Shown piece by piece: positions 62,396 to 64,000 of a DNA stretch of 64,000 nt. The stretch covers positions 4,385 to 68,384 of the forward strand of contig JAWCMB010000002.1 in NCBI GenBank assembly GCA_038850115.1, written 5' to 3'. Numbering within the stretch: position 1 is the first letter of the stretch; each line of letters starts with the position of its first letter. The stretch comes from Thermoproteota archaeon (GTDB lineage Archaea > Thermoproteota > EX4484-205 > JAAOZP01). A program made the position numbers and the translations under genes. Below the pieces are notes generated by a model. The model was not told where the DNA came from, ran no database searches, and was given only the letters and a program-made list of their open reading frames with translations.

Positions 62396-63916
62396 TCAAT
62401 AGGCGTGGAAACAAAAGCCTTCGACAAGCCTGCTTACAGAGTCTTCGAGAAGAATTCGAGCCTCCCTGTCCTTCTGAACCATCAGGCTCAGCCTGGAAGA
62501 GCATTCCTGCAGAAGCCTTTCCCTATCTGCAAGCATCTTCCTGTCGGCTTCCGGGGAGCCTGCGCCCTGAGAAACCCTTTTTGAAACAAGACTGTTCAAA
62601 TCCGCCTCGCTCAGAAGACGGAGGAGAATCTTGCTTAAATCCCTGCCGAGCACGCGCGAAGAAACCTCCTTCAAACCCTCTTCGCTAAGGCGAACAATGC
62701 TTCCCCCGGTCTTAATGCTGAGCTTCACCATTTCCCCAACCAGCTTATGGGCGAGCCTGAAAGGCACCCCAGCCTCCTCAACTATTCTCTCAGCAACATC
62801 CAGGGCAATAATGCTTTCCTCCGTGAGGCGCCTGATTCTTTCACGGTTCCCCTGCAGGTTCTCCAGAACCACCCTGGCCATTCTAACAGCCTCCTTAACT
62901 GTTTCAACAGCCTCGATCAACGGGGGCTTAGTCTCCTGAAGATCCCTGACGTAGCCGCTCGGCAACGCTTTGCAAACCATTGAAAGCTGAGCCAGGCTTG
63001 AAAAAACCCTCCCGGTTCTTGCACGCGTCAACTCGAGTATGCACGGGTTCTTCTTATTCGGCATCGCGCTCGACGGGAAAGCCAGCTCGTCTGGAAGCGT
63101 GAAGAACCCGTATTCTGGGGAAAGCCAGATTACAAGGTCCTCCATAATCCTGCTCAGGTTAAGCATGAGAATATTAAGGTTTGAAACAACCTCCAGCGCG
63201 AAGTCCCTGGTGGAGACAGCGTCGAAAGAGTTCTCCAGAAGCCCGTCGAACCCAAGCAGCCTCGTCGTAAGGCTCCTGTCTATTCTAAGCGAGGTCCCCA
63301 CTATCGCCACGCTCCCCAGAGGATTCAGGTTAACCCTTTTCAATGATTCTGAGAGACGGTTGAAGTCCCGTAGGAACGCGTCGAAATAGGCGAGGAAGTA
63401 GTGTGAGAGCGGAGCAGCCTGAGCCTGCTGCAGGTGAGTGTGGAACGGGAAAACCAGGTTAACGGTCTCCCCAGCCTTCTTGAGAAGAGCCTCCTCGAGG
63501 CCGAGCATCTCCCCCAGAATACTCAGAATCTCCCTCCTGGTCTTCAGCCTCACCGCAGTCACAACCTGATCGTTCCTGGAGCGCGCTGTGTGAACCAGCC
63601 CGCCGACCTCAAGCCCAGCCTCCCTCACTACGAACGACTCTATGAACTCGTGAACATCCTCATGCTTCTCCGGGTCTAGCTGGCTCAACCCCTCCTCCCG
63701 CAGTTTTTTAAGGGCATGAAGAATCTTCTTAAGCTGGTCCTCAGAAACATAGCCCTGCTTCATAAGCATGAAGTCGTGTGCAACCGTGCACTCAATATCC
63801 TCGTTGAATATCCAAGCGTCCTCTCTAATGCTGGAAACATATCTCGTCGCGTCTGAGGAAACCGGCCCCAGCCTGCTCCGGTATATGTTTCCGCCAGCAT
63901 CCTGTTTCCCAGACAA
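62396..63916 (-). CDS. argH: Argininosuccinate lyase
   Basis: 506 aa. TARSRNDQV and the fumarate-lyase signature SSAMPNKKNP. Confidence 0.9.
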   Translation of the reverse strand: MSGKQDAGGNIYRSRLGPVSSDATRYVSSIREDAWIFNEDIECTVAHDFMLMKQGYVSEDQLKKILHALKKLREEGLSQLDPEKHEDVHEFIESFVVREAGLEVGGLVHTARSRNDQVVTAVRLKTRREILSILGEMLGLEEALLKKAGETVNLVFPFHTHLQQAQAAPLSHYFLAYFDAFLRDFNRLSESLKRVNLNPLGSVAIVGTSLRIDRSLTTRLLGFDGLLENSFDAVSTRDFALEVVSNLNILMLNLSRIMEDLVIWLSPEYGFFTLPDELAFPSSAMPNKKNPCILELTRARTGRVFSSLAQLSMVCKALPSGYVRDLQETKPPLIEAVETVKEAVRMARVVLENLQGNRERIRRLTEESIIALDVAERIVEEAGVPFRLAHKLVGEMVKLSIKTGGSIVRLSEEGLKEVSSRVLGRDLSKILLRLLSEADLNSLVSKRVSQGAGSPEADRKMLADRERLLQECSSRLSLMVQKDREARILLEDSVSRLVEGFCFHAY

Positions 63917-64000
63917 CCCTCAAACGGATAACGTGTGGAAACCGGCTAATAAGGGTTACATGAAACGTTTTCGAAGCTTTGCTCCAAAAACTTAAAAGCC

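Overview
The window is archaeal and most likely crenarchaeal (Thermoproteota, possibly a Thermoproteales/Thermofilum-like lineage). That lineage call is an inference from gene content, BHB-type introns and AT-rich TATA boxes about 25 nt upstream of starts. GC content is about 50%. Positions 1-16.2 kb hold the conserved ribosomal-protein superoperon on the minus strand: rps19 to rpl30/rpl15, secY, cmk, rpl14e, cbf5, then rps13-rps4-(rps11)-rpoD-rpl18e-rpl13. The rest is mostly housekeeping: a four-subunit 2-oxoacid:ferredoxin oxidoreductase, argS, tpiA, ABCE1, a thermosome subunit, aspS, radA, leuA/C/D-like genes, argH, RNase P proteins Rpp29 and Rpp21, two PAC2-family proteins, a beta-CASP RNase, Cgi121, a Fap7-like kinase, and the small genes rps14, rps17e and rpl40e that fall below the ORF-track size cutoff or are obscured by a longer upstream ORF call. 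There are five tRNA genes, and three carry introns: Ser(GGA) at the canonical position, Arg(GCG) at 29/30 and Val(CAC) in the T-loop at 59/60. cbf5 is interrupted by a 13-nt element whose bulge-helix-loop geometry predicts exactly in-frame splicing. The main candidate for a new system is at 40.4-47.6 kb. It is a tightly coupled minus-strand operon: a coiled-coil mini-protein, a PilB/FlaI/VirB11-class ATPase, two TadB/C-like membrane proteins, a small hydrophobic protein and a membrane-anchored HerA/VirB4(CedB)-like ATPase. A divergent operon encodes five small N-terminally hydrophobic proteins, and a divergent TFB paralog sits next to it. Other oddities are an in-place inversion of rps11, an orphan gene inserted antisense between rps19 and rpl22, a 37-aa hyper-acidic Trp-periodic mini-ORF upstream of ABCE1, a decayed GNAT/DUF362 region, and a 550-nt unassigned region next to tRNA-Ser. 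I saw no rRNA, CRISPR array, transposase or integrase. All family assignments come from reading the translations by eye; no database search was run.
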